Positions 13,501-26,174 of a stretch of 64,000 nucleotides of DNA are shown piece after piece. The stretch lies in NCBI GenBank assembly GCA_964016885.1, contig OZ024740.1:307272001-307336000 (forward strand), read 5' to 3'. Position 1 is the first letter of the stretch. Each line of letters opens with the position of its first letter. The stretch is from Eledone cirrhosa (lineage: Eukaryota). The notes beneath the pieces were generated by a model. The model did not search any database. It saw only the letters and a program-made list of their open reading frames with translations, and was not told the DNA's origin. The translations under genes and the position numbers were made by a program.

Positions 13501-13728
13501 CACGAACTCCAACCACAGCCCACTATTCCCAGTGAATGTTTTGGTTGCCGACTCTGTGCAAGACATTTTAGATCATTGGCTGGGCTAAAAAGCCACATTC
13601 GATCGCAGCGCTGTTAGTTGCTATCGTGTGTGTGTGTGTGTGTGTGTAGATATGCTTATGTGTGTGCGTGTGTGTGTATATATATATGTATATGTATATT
13701 ATTATTGTTGTTGTTATTATTATTATTG

Positions 13729-13760
<32 letters not shown>

Positions 13761-13846
13761 GTTATTAATGTATGTGTGTGTATATGTGTGTGTGAGTATG
13801 TGTGTGTGTGTATATATGTATGTATATGTATATATATATATATTTC

Positions 13847-13887
<41 letters not shown>

Positions 13888-13950
13888 TTTTTTTTTTTTC
13901 TTTCTCCTCGTGCAATGGCCATACTCGATAACGAGGGGGCAGCCATCATG
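10577..13950 (+). mobile_element. RTE-clade LINE (APE endonuclease + RT + three C2H2-like fingers), 5'-truncated, with a stop and frameshift near 11552
   Basis: APE motifs SVYAPT, LGDFNARVG, WHLLDYVL and WTDHRLV. RT motifs FVDLTKAFD, GVKQGD and LLYADD. C-terminal CxxC..H..H repeats. 3' stem-loop and (ATGT)n on both flanks. Confidence 0.95.
11548..13617 (+). CDS. RT and zinc-finger portion of the RTE LINE polyprotein; the APE portion is 10577-11551 in another frame
   Basis: 689-aa uninterrupted frame with the RT motifs listed for the element. Confidence 0.85.
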   Translation: MVRALLNQPSVVSEDFLNLIPESPVNVALAEPPTLVEVAVAISKLNSGRSPGMDGIHAELLQYGGERLLQHLHSLFGRIWDNESVPEDWRDAVMVVLYKGKGNRNDCGNYRGISLLSVVRKVLCRVLLDRLLTHIADCVLPESQSGFRAGRGTTDMIFSARQLQEKCMEQGLDLYQVFVDLTKAFDTVNRDALWKVLQKLGCPDKFLALVRSFHDDMKAWVNVGGNMSEPISVKNGVKQGDIPAPTLFAIYFAMVFCIAFRNCEHSVYIRYRTSGSIFNIRRFAAKTKVFTSIIRDLLYADDCDLVTHTGSDMQHILNAFSDACTALGLTVSLKKTVVMYQPAPGKQYTEPNIYVYGKRLGVVDQFVYLGSTVNRYSNLDSEISLRIRKASDAFGKLERRLWGRRDICRRTKVKVYRACVLSCLLYACETWVTYRHHLKQLECFHQMCLRRIHGVHWRDHISDVEILESSMCDSIEALVLKQRLRWSGHLARMKDSRIPKQLFYGELVKGKRPPHKPKKRYKDSLKASLKDANISADTWENIAADRNKWRKTVYEGKVAFEASRIAYEKVKRDVRKGIAVALPDGEGPPMVLTCSVCARLCLSKVESHLRSHKVRPVVDYQAAVGDATHHACQTCGRECKSAGGLKRHAKVHELQPQPTIPSECFGCRLCARHFRSLAGLKSHIRSQRC

Positions 13951-14274
13951 TATGTATGTATGTATGTATGTATGTATGTATGTATGTATGTATGTATGTA
14001 TGTATGTATGTATGTACGTACGTACATATGTATGTATGTATGTATGTTCTTCTGGTTTTATAATTTCACAAAGTTTTACCAATAGAGAGAGAGTCGGTTT
14101 CTAACATAGACACAAGACTCTTTCATTGGAATTTACACAACATCAACTAGGTAGATATGTATGTATGCATGCATGTGTAGATATGGATGTTATTGTATGT
14201 GTGGATGTGTATGTTTTGAGTTGTATGTGTGCATGTGTATATGCTTTGCATCTGTACATGTGTATATGCAGTTA

Positions 14275-14940
14275 TTAGATACAACATTTTTGGAATGTTT
14301 TACATATTTTTACTCCATTAATGGATTGTACTTGTGATTTCCTAACTAGTTGTGTTCTTTCTGTTCCTGTGAAGCCCAGCTTCTCAAGATTTGTATTGAG
14401 GCAGTTACTAACATATTCCATTGCTCCAATAATCACAGGCATAAATCTGAAGGTGTAATGAGGGTGGAGTATCTGCAGATTTCTCATCAGTTCTGCATAA
14501 ATATTCTCCTTTTCGCTAATCTTCGATATTATATTGGCATCTTCTGGTCAGCTAACTTCCACTACTGGAACAATCCACCAGTACTCTTTCATATTATGCA
14601 TATGTATGTCTTCCACATTGCTGTAGCTTTTAATGTGTTTATTATCGGGGTTACTTTTCTACAGATTGCATTGTACAGTATTTCGGCCACTACATCATGC
14701 CTCATAGGTAGTTAGTACCGCGATGACATCTTTGGACAGCTGTTTATGACATGGGTGACATCTTCGATGTTAATTCTGCAGTCTGCACTTGTTATCACAT
14801 CTAGGTGTTTTGCCTGCATCCTTATCTCTTTCGTGAATCAGGTATTACACTTAAAAAATCTTAAAGCACAGACATCACTTGATCTAAACGACTCTCCTGT
14901 GTTGCGTGAGCATGATATCATCTTTTTTCTTCCGCTGTAG
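14275..14940 (-). mobile_element. 3' fragment of an R4/NeSL-like non-LTR element (CCHC + restriction-like endonuclease)
   Basis: CRLQ/INIEDVTHVINSCPKMSSRY..MRHDVVAEILYNAI and ..MRNLQILHPHYTFRFMPVIIGAM, degraded. Confidence 0.7.
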
Positions 14941-15068
14941 CACACGTAGAAAGCAATCTAAGTCTTTAGCAGGATTAAGGCATCATGTTTGTAACACCCC
15001 TGTCTGAGAAAAAGGTCAAGGGATAGCAATTCTCGAAACTGAGATGCAGCCATTATGTATATTTACAT

Positions 15069-15259
15069 AAGGGCGGTGGATTGGCAGTATCGGTAGAGGG
15101 TCGGACGCCATGCTTTCCAGCATAGTTACGTCTCTTTACGATCTGAGTTCAAATCCCGCCGAGGTTGACTTTGCCTTTCATCCTTACGGGGTCGATAAAA
15201 TAAAGTACCAGTAATGCACTGGGTAATTGCTGGCCTTGTGCCTAAAGTAGAAACAATTA
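15069..15259 (+). mobile_element. Full-length tRNA-derived SINE with a MetaSINE-like central domain
   Basis: A-box TGGCAGTATCGG, B-box GAGTTCAAATCC, core ctttgcctttcatccttacggggtcgataaaataaagtaccag. 15-bp TSD attatgtatatttac at 15052-15066 and 15256-15270. Confidence 0.9.
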
Positions 15260-15924
15260 TGTATATTTACTTACTTGTACTTGTGGCGACGTTCACCCAG
15301 GATGGGTTGAGCCGGCTCCATCGAAGGAATTCACGGTGAAAGTTCATTTCAATTGAGTTTCTTCGGGTGATTGGTTTAATAAGCAGTGTCCAGTCACAAG
15401 TATATGCACTTTAGGATAGTGCAATCCAAGCATTGCATCGGTTATAGCGCCGAGCTCATGCTCTCACACCCAACCTAATTTGGTGGAGTCAGTGTCACGA
15501 TGGTGACATATAGGAGGGTGTTTGGTAGGCAGAGGTGATAACTTATTTGAACCCTTTTGTAGGCCAGCAGGAGCTTATCCCACTGCCCAGCTCAGGCATA
15601 CCGACCGTCAGCACCAGCCATTATGTATGTCAATGGCCATCCAAAATCTCCGGGAGGGATGACCCCTTAGCCTTTGTCAAGGCAGAATTCTAGGAGAAGG
15701 AAAACTCTGATATAACACCTGCAACCCTGATGGTATCCAATGATGTTGACTTGTTCTTCTTTTTGGTAAATATCATCTTGGTTAAGAGAGTGGGACTGGC
15801 TTTGTGCAGTGCCTTTGCTCACTATAAAAGCTCCACGGCACAGGCATTGCTTTATATCTGGAGATCTCTCTGCACTTGTCGTCACATGGTACCATGGGCC
15901 CAGCACTATGTGTCAATAATTGTC

Positions 15925-16080
15925 ACAAGTGTAGTGTTTGTACCAGAGTTTTCAAGTCGCTGGCTGGACTAAAAAGTCACACTTGTTCAGCGCATCGGTA
16001 GGGGTTCTCCTACATGGATATAAAGTAGTGGTCGTACTCGAAAACGAGTTGGCAGCCACCATGTATGTATGTATGTATGT
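15925..16080 (+). mobile_element. 3' end remnant of a related RTE LINE
   Basis: CSVCTRVFKSLAGLKSH finger, ctcg-aaaa-cgag stem-loop, gcagccaccatg(tatg)n tail. Confidence 0.8.
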
Positions 16081-16169
16081 GTGAATATGTATGTATATGT
16101 GTGTGTGTGTGCACATATGTGTACCTGTTGAACAAAGAAAGCAGCTTATAGTTACTAGATATGAGAAGA

Positions 16170-16640
16170 GTGCAGTAGTGCTGTTGGTGGCAGCAATGGA
16201 GTTGGTAGTTGTAGCGGTGGTGGTACATATATGGTAGTAATGATGTGTGTGGTGTTGGTGATAGTTGGGTGTTGGTGGTGGTAGCAATGGTAGCGATGGT
16301 GGTAGTGGAAGTATTGGTTTTGGTAATGGTAGAGTCTGTGAAAGTATTCACAGTGTAGGCAATGACATTCGTAGTGGTAGAGAAAATGGTAGTGGTGGTG
16401 GTGGTTGTAGTGGTAGTATTAGTTGTGGTCATGGTGGAGTCTGTGAAATTATCCATAGTATAGGCAATGCCAATGGTAGTGGTAGAGAAAATGGTAGTGG
16501 TAGGGGTAGTGGTATCGGTGGTGGTAATGGTAGTATTGGTTGTGGTCCTGGTAGAATCTGTGAAAGTATTCATTATGTAGGCAATAACAGTGGTAGTGGT
16601 GGTGATGGTTGTAGTGGTAGTAATGGTAGCGGTGGTTATG
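16170..16640. repeat. (GGT/AGT)-rich minisatellite with three units of about 110 bp
   Basis: tctgtgaaa.tatt/cca..gtaggcaat recurs at about 16335, 16440 and 16557. Confidence 0.8.
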
Positions 16641-17005
16641 ACGATGTCGGAGACGGCAGGACTACATTGACAGAACAAGGAAGATGCAGTTTTCGTGTAA
16701 AGAAGTAATTTAAAGACGGACACCGTAACTGTCCATTCTACCCTAGCAACATGTCTGATTTATTATGTTTAGAGGGAGATCAAGTAACGAAGTGATATCT
16801 TTTTGCTTAGATTATCTCTAGAAAGAATGTACCTAACTGCCTGTTAGGAAATTGAATAAATTTTATAAATGAATAACAACATCTATAGAATGTTACAATC
16901 GTCTGAAAACAAGGGCAGCCGATGACATAGGGATGGGTTCGTGTGTCCATTTTTGCTGCTTTTATTGTGACTCTTCTCATCATGTGTGCTTAGATTTTGA
17001 TTTTA

Positions 17006-17440
<435 letters not shown>

Positions 17441-17593
17441 TGTGTGAGTATAGACGGCGAGGCCAACTTGAGGTGAATCTTTGAGGTCAATATCAACCAT
17501 TACCTTATAAATATAAATTCTATACTTTACTTCTGAGCATTGTGTGCTCCTTTAGTTTAACTAACTTTATGTACGGTTACACATAAAACACAC

Positions 17594-17652
<59 letters not shown>

Positions 17653-17691
17653 CCTATTTGTCTCTCTGTCCGTTTGCCTGTCTCTCTCTCT

Positions 17692-17734
<43 letters not shown>

Positions 17735-17740
17735 CATATA

Positions 17741-17810
<70 letters not shown>

Positions 17811-17811
<1 letters not shown>

Positions 17812-17962
17812 TGGGTTCAATCGGGAATAACCACAGTAAGTAAGGTACTCAATACATAGAGTATAAATATTTAATATAGAAATAGTTCTACAGGATTAGA
17901 ACTGTTTCATTCGGAGGAAATCATCAGGAAAGCCTGATGATTTCCTCCGAATGGAACAGTAG
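17811..17962 (-). mobile_element. PLE-terminus family B with a minus-strand HHR (17886-17930) and a short inverted arm
   Basis: ttc-CTGATGA-tttc(ctcc)gaat-GAAA-cag(ttctaatc)ctg-TA-gaa. Homologous to 47334-47535. Confidence 0.7.
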
Positions 17963-18000
17963 AAGCCATTTCTATATTAAATATATATATATATGTGTGT

Positions 18001-18087
<87 letters not shown>

Positions 18088-18962
18088 CGCGTGTGTGTAC
18101 TGGCCACAGGTACATACAAACCTCCGTGGTCATCGGTCGTCGAAATGGCATTATACAGTTTCGACCCCTGCCCAAAAGTATACCTCTTAAAAAACCGCGT
18201 CTTATGCCCTGTGCTGGTAAAACAAGAGTAAACCTGCTAAACATTCTCAACCATAGTAGCAGGTTGTATGGTACTCTCATTGCAGTTACATGTGCTTCTT
18301 TTGTATTCCAGTTTCTCACTATGAACCACTAGAGCGTGAGTTTGGTTAATACTTTCACATACGATAGATTCGCATCGATAAGAGAGATCAGCATTGAACT
18401 TTTACGTTTTGCATTCTTACCTTCTCTGACATGTGCTCTTATGTGACAAACTGTTCGCCAGTTCAGGTTACCCAAGAGGAAAGTTTTGGGTAGGCTCTTG
18501 ACAAACTTACTCCACTTAAGATAAATTATTTTTGCAGCCTGCTCAGTAACAACACCTTTATTTTTATAAATCAAAGGCCTGAGACAACGAAGTCAAGACG
18601 AATGGAACATGCAAAGGATTATACTGGAGGTCCCTAGTCTAAAGATTGCACAGAGATGACAGGTGGGTATCAGCCATTTTGTGTTTATATCTGCACAATT
18701 CGTGTCCTCTATCGGTGGCAAGGCAGTTCTGTTTAGGAAGACGCGGCTTTCTTTATTTAGTTTCTACTTGTGATGATCTTACTGAACTGGTATTCAAATA
18801 TCTCAACTTCATCCTTCCACACATAGTTGTTTCCTTCACTTTCAACATTCATAACACAAGCCAAGCTCTACAATTATTCAACTTCTATTTAAACCATCCT
18901 GTTTAATATCTCTACCTGGTCTGAAAGTGCCTTTATCGTATTTTAATGTATAGTAAGTATAG

Positions 18963-19120
18963 AGGCGGCGAATTGACAGAGTCGTTAGAACGTCGGATAG
19001 GATGTTTTATGGTATTCGTTCCGAGTCTCTGCTCTCTGAGTTCAAGTCCCGCCGAGGTCAACTTTGCCTTTTATCATTTCGAGGTCGATAAAAATAGTAG
19101 CAGTTTAGTACTGGGGCCGA
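18963..19120 (+). mobile_element. Older, diverged SINE copy
   Basis: gagttcaagtcccgccgaggtcaactttgccttttatcatttcgaggtcgataaaa. Confidence 0.8.
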
Positions 19121-19940
19121 TTCTTCCTCTCTCTGGAAGAAATCTACTGTACTCAGGCCTGGAGAGAGATGGGCTCTGCCAGGCTGAAAATACCCAAGAA
19201 ACCGCCGTACGCCTCTGCGACTCTATTAGGAGTTACGGGACCATACCAAGTATTTGTAACAAAATCCGTCATATACCCCTGAATTTCCTGAATACATTGA
19301 CTAGCAAATGTCCAGACAGGAGATCCTTTGCTCTAGTCTGAGAGGAATAGATAAATCATTAGCACCACATTTTCTTCCCTGAGTAATTTATAAAACAATA
19401 CCGAGGACTTTTAACATAGAGGGAGAGCATAACCTTTTTGTTTAGTGGTTATCTTATATCCAATGCTTATATCGCAGGCTAGTTCTTTAATCCTTAACCT
19501 CCTGAACCACATGAAACCACACCAACAAGACATTTTCGGAAAGTATAAAATAGCACTTCGACTGAACCGCATGAAGAGTTAAAGTCTTTACTGTTTGATA
19601 TCGTAAACGTTCATAAAGATCTGTTCACTAGTAAAAAATACTATAAACATTTGAATGAACAAACTTGTTTTTAGATAAGTTCTGCTAAATAATTACAGGA
19701 TATTAAGAATTTAAGTACCTTTCATATTGTTACTGATGTCTGCGCACTTTAACAAGGGTTGTATACCTTACTTATTATCCACCCCTCTCAATCCGGCTTT
19801 AAGTGAAAATACACACCTGTTTTGTTGATTGCTCGTAGATTATAATTGTATAGAAGCGTCATATTTTCAAATTTTTTTTGTTTTTTTTTTCTTCTATTAT
19901 CATTAACAGTTACATTGTCATTTCAACAAATATTATATTT

Positions 19941-20108
19941 GTATCGGTAGTGGGTCGGACGCCATGCTTTGCAGCATAGAGTTACGGCCCTTTATGGCCC
20001 GAGTTCAAATCCCGCCGAGATTAAATTTACCTTTCATCCTTACGGGGTCAATAAAATAAAGTACCAGTAATGCACTGGGATAATTGCTGGCTTTGTGCCA
20101 AAAGTAGA
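19941..20108 (+). mobile_element. SINE copy
   Basis: Aligns by eye to 15087-15254. Confidence 0.85.
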
Positions 20109-20520
20109 AACAGCGGTGGCAAACCCCTCGTCTGGGATGCCACTTGCATCGACACTTTCTGCAGCCGCAACCTGGTGCAGTCTGAGACTGACCCAGGTTC
20201 TGCTGCACGTCGGGCTGAGGGGGCCAAACTCCTCAAATACCGGTCGCTCTCCGACAGGTTTGCGGTCGTTCCCCTGGCAGTGGAGACTTCTGGTGTCCTC
20301 GGCCCCAGAGCTACCTCCTTACTCACCACCATAGGCGCTGAGCTGGCCAGCCGCAGGTGTGAGCCCCGCGAGTTGGAGTGGCTTTTCCAGCGCGTCTCCC
20401 TTGCCGTCCTCCGGGGAAACGCCTTCTCCATTCTGGCCGCCGGGGCTGTGGGTGGGCCCCATCGCGTACCAATACATTAGTTAAATACCATTCTTTCATC
20501 TGATACAACACAATAAAGAC
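20109..20520 (+). mobile_element. 3' fragment of a CRE-like non-LTR element (restriction-like endonuclease), GC-rich
   Basis: GGKPLVWDATCIDT..AARRAEGAKLLKY..VPLAVETSGVLG..LFQRVSLAVLRGNA. Confidence 0.8.
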
Positions 20521-21456
20521 TAAAGTGTTTTAAAAAAAATTTTTTTTTAAATTGATGTTGAAGTCAAAAAACCAGCAAATATATAATTACGGGCAGATTT
20601 TAGCCAAAAGTACAAATTATTAAATGAACATTAAAAAAAAAAAAAAAAAAAAAATTATAATTTTAGAATTATATTTCTTAGGTTCAGTTTTCAGAGACCA
20701 CTGTTTTTAGTTTTTGACACGTGATTTTATTGTCAAAAAAGTAAAACGCAAGTTCAAGATGCAACACGTTCCGTTTTTTTTTTGTTTTTTTTTATATATT
20801 CACTCTGTATCATAATCTTATTAGGGGATTTATAAAGGCCTTCTCGTAGCATTGAACTATTTCGTAGCTAAATACATGTACATAATAAAGATCTCATAAG
20901 TTGTACGGATTATACAGGATTTTTGTTTTTGTTATATTCGCGAGTTTCACTCATTTTATTGGAGTTGAAACTAAAAATAACTTCAACCAAACGCAGCACT
21001 TTTGAATAAATTTGCAATTTTTAACTCTATTAACGAGTTTATTTAATATCCTTTCATAAATATAATTATACGATCATCCACTTATTGATGAGTGATTGGT
21101 AAAGCAATATTCCCGTGGAGAAAGTATCTACATTTAAAGCCCGCTTAACTTTGAGCTTAATAAACTACTTCCAAATCTTCTTCCTACCAGTCTCAACACC
21201 ACATAAACATACACATCAAATGCGAAGACATCCCGCGAATCGTATAACATTTATTCATTTATCTTCTTTCCCAAGCGTGAAACTAATCAGTCCAAGGGAA
21301 AGGCAATGGCTGATACAGCTTAGCACCAGTGACGCCGCAACTAATGTTTACAGTTTAGTAAACTGGAGCAAGGTCCAATACAACGCATCAGCCGGTCCGA
21401 TTGCAGGCCTAAAACCACAAAGCCTTCACACATACACACACACACATGTATATACA

Positions 21457-21549
<93 letters not shown>

Positions 21550-21690
21550 TATATATGTATATACATATATATATACATATATAATTATATATATATGTAT
21601 GCATTCCGAAATATATATATATATATATATAAATATATATGTATATACATATATATGTGTGGGTATATATGTGTATATATATATATATAT

Positions 21691-21754
<64 letters not shown>

Positions 21755-21842
21755 ACTTGTACTCGTGCGTTTGTTGTTTTTTTGTATTCCGAAATATATA
21801 TATAATTATATATGTATATATATGTATATACATATATATATA

Positions 21843-21977
<135 letters not shown>

Positions 21978-22120
21978 GGAAAGTTATATTTAAATTGTTG
22001 GGTTACAACTAGTAAATATTTATAACTGATATAATATGATATCCCTGAAATATATATAGTGAAATAAATATGGTTTTATAAATATAGTTTCCATTTATTT
22101 AATATTGTATATATATATAT

Positions 22121-22375
22121 ATATTTATTAAAATAACAGATTAAAGTTTAAGCAAAGAATCGCTGCTTTCACCCTTAACGGGATCTTCTGAAACTAACAA
22201 AGTCAATCTGTAAACGCAGAACTGGATATTTCAAAAAACGTCTTCCTCCGGTTGCAACGTTTTTTGAAATATCCAGTTCTGCGTTTACAGAGACTTTGTT
22301 AGTTTCAGAAGATCCTGTTAAGGGTGAAAGCAGCGATTCTTTGCTTAAACTTTAATCTGTTATTTTAATAAATAT
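22121..22375. repeat. Near-perfect palindrome (family C), arms about 120 bp, HHR-like fold on each strand
   Basis: Arms surround the loop cttcctccggttgca. agttt-CAGAAGA-tcct(gtta)agggt-GAAA-gca(gcgattctt)tgc-TT-aaact at 22301-22351. Confidence 0.85.
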
Positions 22376-22458
22376 TTGCTCTACGGTTCTTATATATTTG
22401 ATATATATTTATCTTTATCGAGCCCTCTTTGGATTTTAGTCTTCAAATTTATTATTAT

Positions 22459-22545
<87 letters not shown>

Positions 22546-22629
22546 GAGCTGATTGATAATGATTTCGTTAACATCGCCCAACTCATATATGTATGTATGT
22601 ATATATATAAGTTTTTAAAAAAGTAAGAT

Positions 22630-23100
22630 AATGTAATCAAAATTGTATTTGTATTTATTGTATAAAAATTTAACTTATTTAGTGTAGTTTGAAATTTCTT
22701 CTCTTTTCTCTTCATTAGTTTTGCTGTAGCAGCTCATTACATCATGAATCATTACCTCAGTACATTCGTCATCGAGATAATCATAGTCTCTCTGTTGGGC
22801 GATGTTAACAAAATCATTATCAATCAACTTTTCGCAGCAATAATTTGTCGAGTCTACTTCACTAAAGTTTAATTCTGCAATTTCACCAACAACTATGCAT
22901 ATTTGCTGGCTAAACTTAACAAAATCATTTGCGCAATGAAGCAAAAATTCTTTCCATACAGTTCTCATCTTGCTTGTTGTCACTTTCTGCCACGAACCTT
23001 GAATATTTTCAAGTAATTTTCATTTTTATGTTGAATTTCTTCCAGAAACGTGAGAAACATTCTCACTTTCATTCTTTCCCATAACCATAGGTTAAATTTT
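22630..23100 (-). pseudogene. Tigger/pogo-like transposase C-terminal remnant
   Basis: ENIQGSWQKVTTSKMRTVWKEFLLHCANDFVKF resembles the pogo/Tigger region after the DDE domain. Confidence 0.55.
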
Positions 23101-23189
23101 CTAGTTTGTCTCCGTTGAGTTTTAAAAACCAGAATTAGTCGTTTAGTTTACATATTGAGACTCCAAACCTATTCTATCTATTTCATAAC

Positions 23190-24302
23190 GTATGCGATTT
23201 CTAGTAATGTACTTTTTTTGTCATGTATAATGTTTTTTGAATGTATAAATAAAATTAATTGTCGCAGGAATGCTACCACTTAAAATAAAACTCTGTCGGA
23301 GATAGGTTAGTATAATTTAATTAGCTGGAGGGGTTTGGAACAAGAGCGGAGGGTGGGTGGGGTGAACATGTAATAAACGAGGAATGGAGGGATCGATTAT
23401 TCGATAGCCGAGAGTATTCTTTTTTAGGATTAATAGATAAGCACTCTCCTATTATTCATAAATCTAAGAAACTGTTTAAAAGACATGTGAAATTAGTTTT
23501 AATTCTACTCATAAAATGGAAAGCATAATTTTGGATAAGTCTACAGTTTCTGAATATTTTATGATTTTACTTTAGTTTTCTCTCTTATTGATTGATAGGT
23601 TGTTATGTCCCTTTAATGATTCCTTATCATTCCACACTTATGTGGGCTGTTATTGGCTAATATTCAATATTTTTAGTTATCAATAAAGTTTCTGTACCGT
23701 CATCGTTGGTATGATACATTGCTAAAAAACTGCGTTTCAGGCATAGCGGTATCTTATTACTCAGCTGGGATTCGTCTTTTAACTTTCTCTAAAGGGCCAC
23801 ATTTAAGGTCAGAGTCTCAAAGTTATAGGATTGAATATGAGAGTATCGGTTTTTAGTCATGGACGAAGGGCCGAAATACTCGCTTCGGGAGGGTTTATTT
23901 ACTGAAGACCTGCTGTCCAGCTCTCCTGAGAGTTTCTTACCACTACATTTATCACCTGCCCAATATGAAGAATATATGCAAGTTAAGCTACCATAATACA
24001 TCGTTAGATATTGTATGAACCAACATTTGTGGTGGCTATGAGGACCTTAGATATATACTTTATTCATGTACTCTAAGATCTTGAATAATCGTCACCACCC
24101 CCGCTTATTAATTTTTCGGTACCCCTCGCTCCGCTTTTATTCTAACAGCCATGATTATTAAATTTAGCTAATCTATCACCGATGAAACTTTATTGTAAGT
24201 GATTCATATTGACACAGCAGCTGGAGAATCTAATAATAATTTTATTTTACATTAAAAAACATTATATATGACAAAAAATGAGCATTACAAGAAATCCCAT
24301 AT
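23190..24302. mobile_element. Old foldback/MITE-like element with diverged inverted ends of about 200 bp
   Basis: atgcgatttctagtaatg..ttttttgtcatgtataatgttttttgaatgta is the reverse complement of tacattaaaaaacattatatatgacaaaaaa..cattacaagaaatcccat. Confidence 0.6.
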
Positions 24303-24321
24303 TTATGAACATACTCTATAC

Positions 24322-24511
24322 CAGGCATGTCAAACATGCGGCCCTTTACAAGCACACTTGCGGCCCGCACAAAAGTTTATACAGCGCGAGCATAATATAA
24401 AATAAAAAAAATATTAGCTGTAATATACACAATTAGTTGTCATGTGTGGCCCTTAGACAACACATATGTGACACATGTGGCCCTCGGGAGACCCTCAGTT
24501 TGACATGCCTG
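24322..24511. mobile_element. hAT (Charlie-like) MITE
   Basis: Perfect 14-bp TIR CAGGCATGTCAAAC and repeated subterminal tgcggccc/tgtggccc motifs. The TSD is decayed. Confidence 0.85.
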
Positions 24512-25283
24512 TCAATTACAGATCCCCACCTCCGTTTATACCCCCCCCCCCGCGTATACCCCCCCTCTACACACCTATTATTTGGGACCAAGAAAACGAC
24601 GGTGTTTTTGAAATGCTGAACAAGATTAGGTTGTTATATCTTCCATTGGAGGATATCTTCGTAGTTTTCTTCATTGTCTTCAATATATTGCAGATATGGC
24701 GTTAAGGATGCGGGGGGGGGGGGGGGACTAATATGAAGAGTTGTATCTTCTGAGTAAGAGAGAGGGAGTAACACTATGTTATTAATGTTGAAAAATGAGA
24801 GTGTAAGAAACATAACTGAACGTTTGTTAGGAAAGTATGAAGTGACGATTGTAAGGGTTCGTTTGTTTCTAACAAGTTACCACTGCAAAATTATCACAGT
24901 TGCTGCTGATACCATTTATTAAAATTACATTTATTTGTTATTGTTGTTGTTGTTATTGTTGTAGTTGTTTTTTGTTGTCGTTGTTTTCGTCGTCGTTGTC
25001 GTCCTTCTTCTTCTTCTTCTTCTTCTTCTTCTTCTTCTTCTTCTTCTTCTTCTTCTTCTATACAATTGGCGACATTGTCATCGACGTCGTCGTCCATCAC
25101 CTCCCACCATTGCCACCACCCCCCGTCATCATTTCCATCATCATCATTATGATGATCATCACTATCGCTACCATCTCCAGTTTTCAGGAAAAACTGGGGA
25201 AAAAAAAAAAATAATAAAAGGAACAGCATAGAAAATAAAATTCCGAAACTGAATAAAAATAAAAATAAAACGACAACTAGGGT

Positions 25284-25339
<56 letters not shown>

Positions 25340-25676
25340 GGAGAGACATAGATTGATAGATAGATAGAAAGACGGAACCAACTGTTAATGGCAACATTTC
25401 CATCAGCTCCACTCCAGCTGTGTTATAAATGGAGCTGGGTGTTGATGGTGGTGGTGGTGGTGGTCGACTGGTTGATGGCTGAGAATGGTATTGCCTGCTA
25501 ATTGACTTGGCCTCGGTACTGAGATCTCAAACAACGCAAGAGGGTGGCAGTAGACAGAAAAAAACATAAGTCAGGATCAACTTACACATGTTCCCTCTCT
25601 TCAGACCTGGTCCAGCACCCTTATCTTGACCTCCTCAACTGAATCCATTCTCCTCCCAACTACATTCCCAATTCCC

Positions 25677-25814
<138 letters not shown>

Positions 25815-26174
25815 ATTTCTCAAAGCTATTTCCGGGTCTCCGAACTCAATCCAACCCCAAATTCCAAATTCCATGTCTTTCTAAAAGATAAAAAAAAAAA
25901 TAACAGCAATATAAAAATAGGATCGAAAAAAGGGCACATATTTTTTAAAGAGAGAAGGGAGGTGACACTGTGGTTTCATACGTCCCTTACTTTGTTTCTA
26001 GTGAGTCAAAGAGACCTAGCCAAATGAAAGAGCCCCTATCTATATGCTTCTTTCATTTACTAGAAACAACAGCCAAATCTCCTTAAAGTCTCATCCTAAC
26101 ATTTTCAGGAAGGCAGACACAGATCATGTAGACCGAAGCTTTAACGATCTACTACCCTTGTAATAATGATGATG

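Noticed and set aside
15069-15165. tRNA gene
   Set aside because: A and B boxes are present but there is no cloverleaf; it is the head of a multi-copy SINE with a TSD.
16010-16723. Thr-rich ORF with IAYTxxxFTDST repeats as a host exon
   Set aside because: Both strands are open, it runs into microsatellite and a LINE tail, and there is no splice evidence; treated as a minisatellite.
18230-18900. Possible ancient minus-strand LINE RT remnant (SQAFD-like)
   Set aside because: The similarity is too weak to support without an alignment.
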